Positions 1 to 9,410 of a stretch of DNA of 64,000 nt are shown piece by piece. Position 1 is the stretch's first letter. Every line of letters starts with the position of its first letter. The position numbers and the translations under genes are program-made. The stretch spans positions 5,138-69,137 of the forward strand of contig SCTB01000050.1 of the NCBI GenBank assembly GCA_004297545.1. Reading direction: 5' to 3'. This DNA comes from Alphaproteobacteria bacterium (GTDB taxonomy: Bacteria; Pseudomonadota; Alphaproteobacteria; Micavibrionales; UBA2020). Under the pieces are notes generated by a model, which made no database searches, had not been told where the DNA came from, and was given only the letters and a program-made list of their open reading frames with translations.

Positions 1-596
1 TCATGCAGGAAGCCGAAGGTGCGCGCGGGCGCGACATCGGCGCGGTAGTTATCTTCCTTGAAATGCAGCGTGAATTTCTGGCGGCCGATGGCCGGGCTCG
101 GGAAGGAAATCTCGAAGCCGAAATACTGGCTGTCGGCGGGCGACAGGAATACTTCCTTCTCACCCTCCTGATAGGAAACGGTTTTCTTGATGCGCAGGAC
201 CTTGCGGGCGGCGCGTTGTTTGGTCAGGCCCGCGCGCTCGATGGCAGCCACGAACTTCTGCGCGCTGCCGTCCATGATGGGCACTTCAGGCCCGTCGATT
301 TGAACAACGGCGTTATCAAGGCCCATGGCCGCGCAGGCCGATAGCAGGTGCTCGACGGTCGAAACCGTGACGCCGGCCTTGTTGGCAAGAACGGTGCAGA
401 GCCGGGTGTCGACGACATGATCCCATTTTGCAGGGACGGCATTGTCGCGGTCCTTGATGTCGGTGCGGATGAAAACGATGCCGGTTGAGGCAGGCGCGGG
501 CTCGACGGTGATGACGGTATTGATGCCGGAATGAAGGCCGACACCGATGAGCGTGAGCGACGATTTCAGCGTGTGCTGAGATGTGGACGTCAACAT
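1..596 (-). CDS. lpxC: UDP-3-O-acyl-N-acetylglucosamine deacetylase LpxC, N-terminal ~198 codons (3' end lies beyond the window start)
   Basis: Not in the ORF track because it runs off the edge. ATG at 596 on the minus strand. My translation reads MLTSTSQHTLKSSLTLIGVGLHSGINTVITVEP...STVEHLLSACAAMGLDNAVVQIDGPEVPIMDGSA...ARTFGFLH, which matches LpxC landmarks (GxGLHxG, TVEHL, EIPIMDGSA, ARTFGF). It lies downstream of ftsZ, as is common. Confidence 0.9.
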   Translation of the reverse strand, partial: MLTSTSQHTLKSSLTLIGVGLHSGINTVITVEPAPASTGIVFIRTDIKDRDNAVPAKWDHVVDTRLCTVLANKAGVTVSTVEHLLSACAAMGLDNAVVQIDGPEVPIMDGSAQKFVAAIERAGLTKQRAARKVLRIKKTVSYQEGEKEVFLSPADSQYFGFEISFPSPAIGRQKFTLHFKEDNYRADVAPARTFGFLH

Positions 597-778
597 TTTG
601 TGTGAAAAACCCTGATTGTTGAAGTTGTTAGGATATCTCCCCCACCTCTTAAGTAACAAATGCAAAGCACCGGCTGAAGTCACTCTTTGCGACAATGTGT
701 TACAAAATTAAGTTACTGATTTAACACCTGTTTTGGCATTTCCGGATTGTTTTCCGCCGCGCAGCGCAGCAAAATTAA

Positions 779-807
779 TTGACATAATATATATGATTGG
801 ATATTGT
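779..807 (+). promoter_or_regulatory. putative sigma70-like promoter (TTGACA-17 nt-TATTGT) for the 870 gene
   Basis: TTGACA at 779-784, a 17-nt spacer, and TATTGT at 802-807, in the AT-rich divergent intergenic region between lpxC and 870. Confidence 0.3.
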
Positions 808-869
808 CTTTTAATGGAAAATGAAGTGCTATAAACGGCATCGCAGCCATTTATGGACGAAACAGTGTT

Positions 870-1526
870 ATGAGCAGGATCGTGGCAATCTGGGGACCGA
901 GCCGTGAGGATGCGCCGCAGCCCGAGCCGCCGGCGCGCGATCAGGGAGAGCCCGACGAACGGGAACGGGCGCTCTATGAAGCCTATATGGCGCAGCAGCA
1001 GGCGATGGCGCAGCAGCAGCAAAAGCAAAAGCCCCCCGGCAAGGCCAAGCGGATCATCTTCGGCACGCTCGGGTTCCTGATGAACATGACGATGCGGATC
1101 ATCGGCGTCGGCCTGATCGTCGCCGGAGGCGGATTAAAGTTAGTCCAGCGCGCCTTTGGCGGCGGAAATAATAACGGGAGCAAAAAAATGAGTCTGAGAA
1201 GCGTGTTTTTAGGGGCGGCCCTGGTGGCCGGCGCAATGGTGGGCCCCGGCGTCTATCACATGACGCAGGGCAACGAGATCGTGCGCACGCGCGTGACTGG
1301 AAAGGTCATGGCGGACGCCAACGCGGAATTCCCGGGGCAGAAATATTTCATCTACACCAACCAGGGCAAGTTCGACACCTTCGGCGCCGTGGGTGGCGCG
1401 GACATCAAGGAAGGCTGCGTCTACGACTTCAACCTGAAGAGCGCGCGCCTACAGGCCTGGCCGCCCTCCTATTCGCGCAGCATCATCGGCTACAAGCCCG
1501 TGCCCGACGGCGGCTGCGCGCCGTAA
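870..1526 (+). CDS. hypothetical membrane protein (Gln-rich N-terminus, two hydrophobic segments)
   Basis: ATG start and GC-rich third codon positions. Hydrophobic stretches are IIFGTLGFLMNMTMRIIGVGLIVAGGGL and VFLGAALVAGAMVGPGV. I recognise no family. Confidence 0.7.
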   Translation: MSRIVAIWGPSREDAPQPEPPARDQGEPDERERALYEAYMAQQQAMAQQQQKQKPPGKAKRIIFGTLGFLMNMTMRIIGVGLIVAGGGLKLVQRAFGGGNNNGSKKMSLRSVFLGAALVAGAMVGPGVYHMTQGNEIVRTRVTGKVMADANAEFPGQKYFIYTNQGKFDTFGAVGGADIKEGCVYDFNLKSARLQAWPPSYSRSIIGYKPVPDGGCAP

Positions 1527-1534
1527 AAAATAAT

Positions 1535-1561
1535 GTCATTCCGGCGAAATCCAGGGGTGAC
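1535..1561. repeat. degenerate single copy of the REP-like palindromic element family (GTCATTCCGGCGAA...GGTGAC)
   Basis: gtcattccggcgaaatccaggggtgac lies between the convergent stops of 870..1526 and the desaturase. It resembles the copies at 23908, 34389 and 63022. Confidence 0.45.
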
Positions 1562-1570
1562 GAAAGCGTC

Positions 1571-2662
1571 TTACGCCGTCTTCAAATCGCTGAACGCGAC
1601 CATCTTCGATAAATCCTCGTCCCATAGGGACCAGCGGGTGCACTTCAGGCTCTCCCAAAGTGTCAGCCGGTTCATGCCCTGAAGCTCCGGGCTGTCTTTC
1701 AGGCATTGCTGCAGCCTGTAGTTCGGGATCAGGCTGCAGAGATGGTGGATATGGTGCAGCCCGATGTTCCCGGTGAACCAGTGTAAAACGCGGGGCAGCA
1801 CATAGTACGAGCTGCCCATGACTGCGGCCTCCGAAAAATTCCAGTCCTGGGTGCGCTTCCAGTGGGCGCGCTCGAACTGGTGCTGGATGAAGAACAGCCA
1901 GCCGCCCGCCCAGCTCGTTAAAATCACCACCGGCACGTAAAGAACGAGGAGCGGCGCCCAGCCGAAGGCCAGCGCCGCGAGGCCGTAAAAAACCACCAGC
2001 GCGGCATTGAGCGCGTGGATGCTGCGGCGGGCCACGGCGTCGGGCACGCAGGGGTATTTTTCGAGAAAGGATGCGGACTGCGTGGAGGGGATACGCTGGC
2101 CGATGAATGTGTTGAACGGCACCGCCAGCCCAAGCAGGAAAAAAGGATTACGGTAGAGGCGGTAGGCGAGGCGCTTCTTCGCGGGCAGCGCCTGGTATTC
2201 CTTCACCGTCAGCGTGTCGATGCTGCCGATGCCGCGGCGGTCCAGGTCGCCGGATCCAGCATGGTGCATGTTATGCGCGGTGCGCCAGAAGCCGTAGGGC
2301 GTGAAGGTGAAAACGCTGATCGCGCGGCCAGCCCAGTCGTTGGCGCGGCGCGATGGAAAAAACGAGCCGTGGCCGCAGTCATGCTGGATGATGAAGAGGC
2401 GCACCAGCAGCAGCGCCGCCAGAGGCGCCAGCAGGACGCAGCCCCAATAGACGCCGTGATGAAAAGCCGCCAGCATCAGGCCGAGTGCGCCGAAAAAGAG
2501 TCCCGCGGTTGTCGCGAGCTGGAACAGGGCGCGCCGGGTGTCGGGACTTTTATAGGCGTGACAGTGTGCAGCAAGGCGCCGGAGCAGCTGCCGGTCGCCC
2601 GATATCCCTGACGGAGTCAAAGATTCATTTTCGCGCAACGGAATGGAAATATCGTCGATCAA
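1571..2662 (-). CDS. membrane fatty acid desaturase family protein
   Basis: The three histidine boxes are present: HDCGH, HNMHH and HHIHH. There are multiple TM segments. The start is TTG, preceded by GGGGAGGGA. Confidence 0.9.
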   Translation of the reverse strand: MIDDISIPLRENESLTPSGISGDRQLLRRLAAHCHAYKSPDTRRALFQLATTAGLFFGALGLMLAAFHHGVYWGCVLLAPLAALLLVRLFIIQHDCGHGSFFPSRRANDWAGRAISVFTFTPYGFWRTAHNMHHAGSGDLDRRGIGSIDTLTVKEYQALPAKKRLAYRLYRNPFFLLGLAVPFNTFIGQRIPSTQSASFLEKYPCVPDAVARRSIHALNAALVVFYGLAALAFGWAPLLVLYVPVVILTSWAGGWLFFIQHQFERAHWKRTQDWNFSEAAVMGSSYYVLPRVLHWFTGNIGLHHIHHLCSLIPNYRLQQCLKDSPELQGMNRLTLWESLKCTRWSLWDEDLSKMVAFSDLKTA

Positions 2663-2879
2663 GATCCCTCCCCCAGAATCCTTAATGTAGCCCGTTTCAG
2701 TGTGAAGGGTAGACGGGCGGGGAGCAAACGGAATTTTCCTCCCGAAGGTGGATATATGGAGAAAAAATATTTTACTTAATGTGTTAAATTTGCGAGCAAT
2801 AAGAACCCAAGGGACGCCCTCCCGGGGTTTTTCAAAGTCACGGCGCCAACCAAGGCGGCCGGTTCTGCGGCGTCTTGAG

Positions 2880-3101
2880 GGCCGAGCTGGCCGCGGCGAC
2901 CGCCTGGTTTTCGTTCGCCGGCGTCTGCGGCATGGAAAATTCCCTGAACGTGAAGGTCAGCTGCCTGCCCTCCAGGAAGGGCTTGGGCTGAGCAGGCTGA
3001 AGCTCAGGCAATCCGTGCGCCTTGACGTGACGGGCGTCGAAAACCCGGTCTGGATCAACGGCAATGCCGACGGCATCTCGCGGGCGCTGCCGATTACGTG
3101 A
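2880..3101 (+). pseudogene. possible relic of a sensor histidine kinase C-terminus (KdpD-like HATPase_c end)
   Basis: The tail of ORF 2748..3101 reads KFPEREGQLPALQEGLGLSRLKL...DGISRALPIT. This resembles a decayed G2 box (GxGLGL) and kinase C-terminus directly abutting the kdpE-like fragment. There is no N-terminal kinase body. Confidence 0.3.
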
Positions 3102-3493
3102 TGAAACCCTTGCGCGAATCTGCAGGCCTTGTGACCCGCATGAAAACGGCTCTGCGTCTCAGCGACAGGGCGCAGGCGCCGGAAATGACCTTTAAAACGC
3201 GCGGGTTGAACGTCGATATCTGGCGCCGCCGCGTCACGCTGCACGGCCGCGATATTAAACTGACGCCGCTTGAATTCGATTTGCTCGCCCTTCTCGTGCG
3301 CCGTGCGGGGCAGGTGGTGACGCAATCTGAAATCATGAAAGAAGTCTGGGACGAAAGCCCCGAAAAACACGGCCACTACCTGCGCATCTACATCCAGCGC
3401 CTGCGCGAAAAACTCGGCGACGACCCGTTTAACCCGCAATATCTTTTCACCGAGCCGAAGATCGGGTATCGGCTGAATGCGGAGGGTTCCTGA
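3098..3493 (+). CDS. OmpR/KdpE-like winged-helix DNA-binding domain protein lacking a receiver domain (probably a truncated kdpE)
   Basis: LTPLEFDLLALLVRRAGQVVTQSEIMKEVW...HYLRIYIQRLREKLGDDPFNPQYLFTEPKIGYRL closely follows the E. coli KdpE output domain (HYLRIYMGHLRQKLEQDP...TETGIGYRF). Only the linker and wHTH are present. Confidence 0.7.
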   Translation: MMKPLRESAGLVTRMKTALRLSDRAQAPEMTFKTRGLNVDIWRRRVTLHGRDIKLTPLEFDLLALLVRRAGQVVTQSEIMKEVWDESPEKHGHYLRIYIQRLREKLGDDPFNPQYLFTEPKIGYRLNAEGS

Positions 3494-3555
3494 ACAGATA
3501 CAACCTTTTTCTTTTCCTCAACGCATGTTGAGAGAAGGGACGGAGCGAAAAGAAA

Positions 3556-3590
3556 AACCCCGGGAAATCATCCCGGGGTTCTTTGTGTTT
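3556..3590. terminator. bidirectional rho-independent terminator hairpin
   Basis: A 10-bp stem, aaccccggga/tcccggggtt, with loop aatca. It has an A-run upstream and a T-rich run downstream, between the convergent genes 3098..3493 (+) and 3603..4103 (-). Confidence 0.6.
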
Positions 3591-3602
3591 CAGGACAAAA
3601 TC

Positions 3603-4103
3603 TTACCGGCGGCCGCGCGGCTGCACCTTTTCGACCGTCACCGGGCGATAGGGCTTTTCGGCGTCGACAGTAACATGCAGATAGGGCTGGCCTGCGCCGA
3701 CCTTGCGGCCGTAACCGTTCCGCCCTTGCGTGACCGTGCATGCGATGTCGAGGCCCTTGCAGGTCTCGTCCAGTTTTTTGAAACCGGGCAGCGTTTCCAT
3801 GTTTACTTCGCCGAGGCCGCGCAGCGTCAGGCTAGCTTCCGAGGCCGAATAGCTGAAATCCGCCGATACTGACTGGCCGGCGTCGAGGGCGCGGGTGATT
3901 TCCGCGACTTTCTTCGGGATATCCGCCGCGACATCGTTGAACCACTTGCTCAAAGAGCCGCCGAGCGCGTCGCGCGCATCCTGCTCGCGCTGCTGTTCCT
4001 GCGAATCTTCGTCGGCGCGGCGGCGGGCCAGCGCATCGCGCAGCGCGTTGCCGTCCGGCTGGGTTTTGTCGGTGGAGTGAGGGGGTCTGCGGGGCTTGTA
4101 CAT
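3603..4103 (-). CDS. hypothetical protein (orphan, 166 aa)
   Basis: An internal ATG at 4103 (MYKPRRPP...) is preceded by AGGAG about 10 nt upstream. The longer ORF start at 4238 would run through the ftsZ terminator and the AT-rich promoter. GC3 is high. Confidence 0.65.
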   Translation of the reverse strand: MYKPRRPPHSTDKTQPDGNALRDALARRRADEDSQEQQREQDARDALGGSLSKWFNDVAADIPKKVAEITRALDAGQSVSADFSYSASEASLTLRGLGEVNMETLPGFKKLDETCKGLDIACTVTQGRNGYGRKVGAGQPYLHVTVDAEKPYRPVTVEKVQPRGRR

Positions 4104-4136
4104 GGCTTGGAGGCTCCTGTCATGAAATGAGGTTGC

Positions 4137-4165
4137 ATAATATGGCAATCGGGGTGCGATGCCAA
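4137..4165 (-). promoter_or_regulatory. putative sigma70-like promoter (TTGGCA-17 nt-TATTAT) for the 3603..4103 gene
   Basis: On the minus strand, TTGGCA (plus-strand tgccaa at 4160-4165), a 17-nt spacer, and TATTAT (plus-strand ataata at 4137-4142), about 35 nt upstream of the ATG. Confidence 0.35.
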
Positions 4166-4220
4166 GCGATTTATGGCATTTGTAAATATGCATTATGTAA
4201 ATAAATAAGCAGGGAAAAGA

Positions 4221-4249
4221 AAAACCCCGGGAGGTCATCCCGGGGTTTT
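4221..4249 (-). terminator. rho-independent terminator downstream of ftsZ
   Basis: A 12-bp stem, aaaaccccggga/tcccggggtttt, followed on the minus strand by a T-rich run. It lies 25 nt after the ftsZ stop. Confidence 0.65.
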
Positions 4250-4273
4250 CTATCGAAAGCGGAGTTTAAGCGT

Positions 4274-6055
4274 TTAATTCGCCTGGCGGCGCAGGAAAGC
4301 CGGGATGTCCAGCTCGTCCTCCGTGGATTTGCCGCCGTCCTCAACCGTGAGTCTGGTCGAGGTATCCGCTCTGGGCGCCGCAGCGGCGGGAGCAGGAGCC
4401 GTAACCTCCTTCTCCCTCTGCAGCGTGAAGCGTTCGAACAGTGACGGTGATTTTTTCGGCTGCTTCTCCGTCATGTCCATTTTCGGCGCTGCCAGCGTCT
4501 CGCCGTCGGCAAACAGGTCTGCTCCCGTCGCATGCCCTGCCGCGTGGCGCGGATCGACGGGCTTGGGCGGGATGAAGCTGTTGCCTTGCCTTGTTGCGCG
4601 CGGCTGCTGGGCCGTCGGCTGGTTGCGCTGGGGATAGTTCTGGGTGACGGGGGGCGTTGAGGCCCTTGTCGTCCAGTTATCCGCCTGCTGCTCGTCCAGC
4701 TTGCGGGCCGTGGCCGTCGCGGCGCCGTAGTCGGCGTTGGACGATGCATGGCCCATTTGCGGCTCGGGCGAGCGCTCCCATTCCTCCTGCACCGGCGGAC
4801 GCTGCGAGACAACCGGCTGCGCCGCTGCCGAAGCGGTGGGCTGGTAGGCCGGGCGTCCCTGCGCGTGGACGGGCAGGATCGCCGCGGGTATCGCCGAGGT
4901 CGTGCCGAAGTTATCGCGCGTGCGCGGCGCTGCGGCGGGCTGGCGCTGCTCGTAGGTGGCATAGCCGCCCGTGACCGGCGTCTTCACCGGCTGGGGTTGC
5001 GGCTGCTGCTGTTGCTGTTGCACGACGGGTCTGCGCTGGGGTTCGACCACATGCGTCGCGATGCCCGGGCGGAGCGACTGCGTGCCCGTGCCTTCGATGC
5101 CCGTGGCGACCACGGAAATGCGCATCTTGCCGTTCAGCGTGACGTCTTCGGTCGAGCCGAAGATGATATTCGCGTCGGGGTCGACTTCGTCGCGGATACG
5201 GTTGACGGCTTCGTCAACTTCGAACAGCGTGAGGTCGGTGCCGCCGATGACGTTGATGAGGACGCCGCGTGCGCCTTTCATCGAGACATCGTCGAGCAGC
5301 GGGTTGGAGATCGCGGCTTCGGCGGCCGCGACTGCGCGGCGCTCGCCTTCGCCCACGCCCGTGCCCATCATGGCCTTGCCCATTTCGGCCATCACGGCGC
5401 GAACATCGGCGAAGTCCAGGTTGATAAGGCCCGGCATGACCATCAGGTCGGTCACGCCGCGGACGCCCGATTGCAGAACCTCGTCCGCCATTTTAAAGGC
5501 GTCCGCGAAGGTTGTCTTCTCGTTCGCCACGCGGAACAGGTTCTGGTTCGGGATGATAATGAGGGTGTCGACGTGCTTTTGCAGCTCGTTGATGCCGTTT
5601 TCCGCCAGCTTCATACGATGCGTGCCCTCGAAATGGAAGGGCTTGGTGATCACGCCGATGGTCAGGATGCCGGATTCCCGCGCCGCCTGCGCGATGACGG
5701 GAGCAGCGCCTGTGCCTGTGCCGCCGCCCATGCCGGCGGTGACGAAGACCATGTTGGAGCCCTCGAGATAGGCCATGATTTCGTCGATGCTTTCTTCAGC
5801 AGCGGCACGGCCGATTTCGGGATTCGCCCCGGCGCCCAGTCCGCGCGTGACGTTCACGCCCAGCTGGATTTTATGCGGCGACGAATTTCCTTCAAGCGCC
5901 TGCGCGTCGGTATTGCAGACGAGGAATTCGCAGCCTTCGAGATTCGAGTTGATCATGTTATTCACAGCATTGCCGCCGGCCCCGCCGACGCCAATCACCG
6001 TGATCTTTGGTTTCAGACGATTTGTCTGTGATTGCATTCTTATGTTGATTGCCAT
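4274..6055 (-). CDS. ftsZ: cell division GTPase FtsZ (long alpha-type linker)
   Basis: Tubulin signature [11 protein letters not shown]-terminal [15 protein letters not shown], a Q/P-rich linker, and the C-terminal peptide [14 protein letters not shown]. Confidence 0.98.
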   Translation of the reverse strand: MAINIRMQSQTNRLKPKITVIGVGGAGGNAVNNMINSNLEGCEFLVCNTDAQALEGNSSPHKIQLGVNVTRGLGAGANPEIGRAAAEESIDEIMAYLEGSNMVFVTAGMGGGTGTGAAPVIAQAARESGILTIGVITKPFHFEGTHRMKLAENGINELQKHVDTLIIIPNQNLFRVANEKTTFADAFKMADEVLQSGVRGVTDLMVMPGLINLDFADVRAVMAEMGKAMMGTGVGEGERRAVAAAEAAISNPLLDDVSMKGARGVLINVIGGTDLTLFEVDEAVNRIRDEVDPDANIIFGSTEDVTLNGKMRISVVATGIEGTGTQSLRPGIATHVVEPQRRPVVQQQQQQPQPQPVKTPVTGGYATYEQRQPAAAPRTRDNFGTTSAIPAAILPVHAQGRPAYQPTASAAAQPVVSQRPPVQEEWERSPEPQMGHASSNADYGAATATARKLDEQQADNWTTRASTPPVTQNYPQRNQPTAQQPRATRQGNSFIPPKPVDPRHAAGHATGADLFADGETLAAPKMDMTEKQPKKSPSLFERFTLQREKEVTAPAPAAAAPRADTSTRLTVEDGGKSTEDELDIPAFLRRQAN

Positions 6056-6216
6056 TGTTTTTAGTCCTCCGCTTCGATTTGTTGATTCTAGTCGAGGTGA
6101 TTCGCGCTTTCCAGAGTCAATATTGTGTTTTCTTGTTTTTATAATTCCCCTAAAACTTTGGATTCAAAAGTCGATTTCAGGGTCCGGAAAGTAATTCTGT
6201 GTGGTTATTGAGTCGG

Positions 6217-7572
6217 TTACCAGTTCTCCTTCAACCAGTGGGTTACTTTATGCAGCAGTTCGCCGGCGAAAGGCACGGGCAGAGAAAACCCGTAGCCCTG
6301 CGGCGCGGCCGGAATTTCTTCCGCATGTTCCGCTGCGTAGTGGAGCAAACCCGCGCAGGCCGAAAACGCGGGTCCTCCGGTTGCTTCTGCAAGTCCTTTT
6401 ATTTTCTGCGGACGGCCGAGACGCACCTGCTTGTCGAGAATAAGCTGCGCAATGTCGCACAGGCCCGGCAATTGCGACGCGCCGCCTGTCAGAACCACGC
6501 GGCGCCCGGCGATTTTTCCCATGCCGTTGTCGTCAAGCTTTTGCCGCACCAGTTCAAATGTTTCCTCGATGCGCGGCTGGATGATATTGCCCAGCATGGA
6601 TTTGGGCACGTAATTGGGCTGCGAATGTTCTTCCTCGCCCACCGGCGGCACGTCGATCATCGCCGTGTCGTCAAGGCCGCTCGCCTGCGCCGTGCCGTAC
6701 AGTGTTTTGATGCGCTCCGCATCGTTGAGCGACGTGATAAGCCCGCGCGCGATATCGCTCGTCACATGCTGGCCGCCGACGGGCACGGCCGAAGAAAAGA
6801 TGAGGTTTCCCTCGAAAAACACGCCGATGCCGGTCGATCCGCCGCCCATGTCGATGACGGTGCAGCCCAAGTCCATCTCGTCGCCGACGAGCGCCGCCAG
6901 GCCCGACGCATAAGGCGTCGCGCAATAAGCCTCGATCTCCAGGTGGTTCTGGTTCACGACGGTCGCGATATTCCGCGTGGCGGAAACCAGCGCCGTGACC
7001 GGGTGCAGCGTGACGTCCAGCTGCTGTCCCGCCATGCCGCGCGGCTCCGAAATGCCACGCTGGCGGTCGATGGAATAGCCGGAGGCAATGACATGGATAA
7101 GCTCGTCCTTGCCGGGCACGGCGACATTGCCGCTTTGCGCAAGCGCCTGGCGGATATCGCGCTCCGTCACTTCGCCGGTCTGCACGCGCACGCCGGCGGT
7201 CAGTTGATGCGACAGCGTGTGCGTGCCGGGCACGTTCACGAAAACGGATTTGATCGGCTGGCCCTGCAGATGTTCTTTCGCCATCAGCTCCGCCGCCTCG
7301 ACCGCATGGGCGACCGCGGTTTCCGCCGCCTTCAGGTCGATGATGGCGCCGGCCTTCACGCCGCGCGAGGCCTGGTGGCCGATGCCGATGACCTCGATCG
7401 TGCCATGGCTCTTGATCTCGGCGATAAAGCAGCACACCTTGCTCGTCCCGATATCGAGCGCCGCGATGATGTTGCGCGAAAACAGGCTGTCCTGCCGCGT
7501 CTTGTCCGCCGCCAGTTTAATCGAACTCTTGGCCGAAAGGGGGCTCTTCAGTTCGCTTTTGTCCTTCTTCAT
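6217..7572 (-). CDS. ftsA: cell division protein FtsA
   Basis: Actin-like ATPase motifs (ALDIGTSKV, VIDMGGGST) in the position between ftsQ and ftsZ. Confidence 0.95.
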   Translation of the reverse strand: MKKDKSELKSPLSAKSSIKLAADKTRQDSLFSRNIIAALDIGTSKVCCFIAEIKSHGTIEVIGIGHQASRGVKAGAIIDLKAAETAVAHAVEAAELMAKEHLQGQPIKSVFVNVPGTHTLSHQLTAGVRVQTGEVTERDIRQALAQSGNVAVPGKDELIHVIASGYSIDRQRGISEPRGMAGQQLDVTLHPVTALVSATRNIATVVNQNHLEIEAYCATPYASGLAALVGDEMDLGCTVIDMGGGSTGIGVFFEGNLIFSSAVPVGGQHVTSDIARGLITSLNDAERIKTLYGTAQASGLDDTAMIDVPPVGEEEHSQPNYVPKSMLGNIIQPRIEETFELVRQKLDDNGMGKIAGRRVVLTGGASQLPGLCDIAQLILDKQVRLGRPQKIKGLAEATGGPAFSACAGLLHYAAEHAEEIPAAPQGYGFSLPVPFAGELLHKVTHWLKENW

Positions 7573-7619
7573 CTGTACTCTCCGCTTCGTTTCTTTATTG
7601 GACAGTTTCTTTTTTTATA

Positions 7620-8453
7620 TCAGATGGTTTTTTTGTTTTTATCTTCGGCAGATCCTCCGTTCACGGGTTCGATCACCATTTCATCGGGGATGCGCAGATC
7701 GACCGCCGTGATCAGCTTGTCGAACAGCCCGCGCTCCTCCTGTTCCTTCGCGAGGCGCGACAGCGCCAGCTCCGCATCGTTTTCCGGCAGCTTCACCAGC
7801 AGCCCGCTTTTCAGGCGCAAATCCCAGCGCCGCCCGCCCACGCGCACGGCGGAAGCGATTTCCTTTTCGACGGAAGGCTCGGCTTTCAGCAGATTCAGCA
7901 GCTCCGCCGCATGCAGCGGCGCGTCTTCGCCCACGACCAGCGGCAGACTCTGGTAGGAATCAAGGTCTTCGGATGTCAGCGGGCGGCCGTCGGCGTCGAT
8001 GACGGAAATCTTCTTCTGGTACTGCCACAGCGCCGCGGGCTTGCGTTCCACAATTTCAATGACGATCTTGTCGGGCAGTCGGCGTGTAACGCTCACCTCT
8101 TTCACCCAGGAAATTTCCGCGAGCGATCTCTGCGCGTCATCGACGGAGACGCCGAAGATGGGCTCGCCCTGTTTCACGTTCAGCTGCTTCAAAATCGTGT
8201 CGCGCCTGATATGAATGCGCCCTGTCACGATCACTTCGTTGACCTTGAAGCCGGAGGATGATGTGGTGGAAAGAATTTCGGCGCGCGCCCAGGTCGCGGC
8301 CCGGGCGAAGGAATTATTTTTCCAGCCGTAATAGCCGCCGCCCGCGACAACAGCGATTGCCGCAGCCATAATCCCGAATTTCCTGAATCGGAGCATCCAC
8401 AAGCGGGCGCCCCTTCGCGAGAGCGAGCCCTCGCGCATCCCAAACAGCTTCAT
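7620..8453 (-). CDS. ftsQ: cell division protein FtsQ
   Basis: An N-terminal TM segment (IMAAAIAVVAGGGYYGW), a POTRA-like region (FKVNEVIVTG), and the dcw position. Confidence 0.9.
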   Translation of the reverse strand: MKLFGMREGSLSRRGARLWMLRFRKFGIMAAAIAVVAGGGYYGWKNNSFARAATWARAEILSTTSSSGFKVNEVIVTGRIHIRRDTILKQLNVKQGEPIFGVSVDDAQRSLAEISWVKEVSVTRRLPDKIVIEIVERKPAALWQYQKKISVIDADGRPLTSEDLDSYQSLPLVVGEDAPLHAAELLNLLKAEPSVEKEIASAVRVGGRRWDLRLKSGLLVKLPENDAELALSRLAKEQEERGLFDKLITAVDLRIPDEMVIEPVNGGSAEDKNKKTI

Positions 8454-8467
8454 CTATCCCCTTAACC

Positions 8468-9409
8468 TTATGTGTGTATCGCCGAATTTTCGACGAGCCA
8501 CTCCACAAGATCCCCAAAAGTCATCCCCAAGTGCGCCGCCTGCTCCGGAACCAGCGAAGTAGGCGTCATTCCGGGCTGAGTATTCGTTTCGAGGTAAAAG
8601 AGCCCCGATACGCCCGGTTCGTTATCATTATACCTGAAATCGCTGCGCGTGACACCTGTGCAGCCTAATTTTTCGTGTGCGAAAGCGGCGATGCGCAAGG
8701 CTTCTTCGAAAACGTCCTTGCCGATCTCGGCGGGTATTATATGTGTCGACCCGCCCGCCGCGTATTTCGCCTCGTAGTTATAGAAATCCAGATTCGTTTT
8801 GATTTCCGTAACCGTCAGCGCTTTCGCCTTCTGGTCGCGGATACCCATGACGCCCACCGACAGCTCGCGGCCGGGGATGTATTTTTCGACCAGCGCATAG
8901 GGCCCATAGGTCCATTTGTCGAGGCCGAGCGGCGGCTTGTTGTCGCCCTGGCGCACGATGTGGACGCCCACGCTCGAACCCTCGTCGTTCGGCTTCACGA
9001 CATAAGGCGGCTTGAAGGGCTGCAGGCCTTTGCGCAGATCGTCGATATGCACCAGCTGGCCTTCGGGGCAGGGAACGCCCATCGGCTTCAGCACTTCCTT
9101 GGCCTTCTGCTTGTTCATGGCGAGCGCCGACGCAAGTGGGCCGGAATGGGTATAAGGTATATTGAGTATCTCGAGGAGCCCCTGCACGCAGCCGTCTTCG
9201 CCCCATTTGCCGTGCAACGCGTTGAAGACCGCATCGGGCGCGGGGGTAAGCTGTTTCACGAGGTCCATCAGGTCGCGTTTGACGTCTATCTCCTTGACGT
9301 CATAGCCTTTTTGGCGCAACGCCTTGGCGCATTCGGCGCCCGACGACAGCGACACGTCGCGTTCCGCCGACCATCCGCCCTTCAGTAATGCGACTTTTTT
9401 CCTGACCAT
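8468..9409 (-). CDS. ddl: D-alanine--D-alanine ligase
   Basis: Starts at the ATG at 9409 ([24 protein letters not shown]). The ORF-track extension to 9766 overlaps murB in another frame. ATP-grasp motifs are present. Confidence 0.95.
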   Translation of the reverse strand: MVRKKVALLKGGWSAERDVSLSSGAECAKALRQKGYDVKEIDVKRDLMDLVKQLTPAPDAVFNALHGKWGEDGCVQGLLEILNIPYTHSGPLASALAMNKQKAKEVLKPMGVPCPEGQLVHIDDLRKGLQPFKPPYVVKPNDEGSSVGVHIVRQGDNKPPLGLDKWTYGPYALVEKYIPGRELSVGVMGIRDQKAKALTVTEIKTNLDFYNYEAKYAAGGSTHIIPAEIGKDVFEEALRIAAFAHEKLGCTGVTRSDFRYNDNEPGVSGLFYLETNTQPGMTPTSLVPEQAAHLGMTFGDLVEWLVENSAIHT

Positions 9410-9410
9410 C

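Noticed and set aside
690-720. Possible CtrA box (TTAA-N7-TTAA) in the lpxC / 870 intergenic region, and checks of the ftsZ and ftsQ upstream regions
   Set aside because: The spacing is 9 nt rather than 7. No TTAA-N7-TTAA was found upstream of ftsZ, ftsA or ftsQ by eye.
6199-7956. Long plus-strand ORF (585 aa) antisense to ftsA/ftsQ. Similar long antisense ORFs lie at 4748..6031, 10736..13120, 16945..18528, 19675..21336, 40960..42324, 47978..49711 and 60032..61393.
   Set aside because: Their composition is Arg/Gly/His/Val-rich and they have no recognisable motifs. They lie exactly opposite well-supported genes with strong GC3 bias. These are typical stop-poor shadow frames of high-GC DNA.
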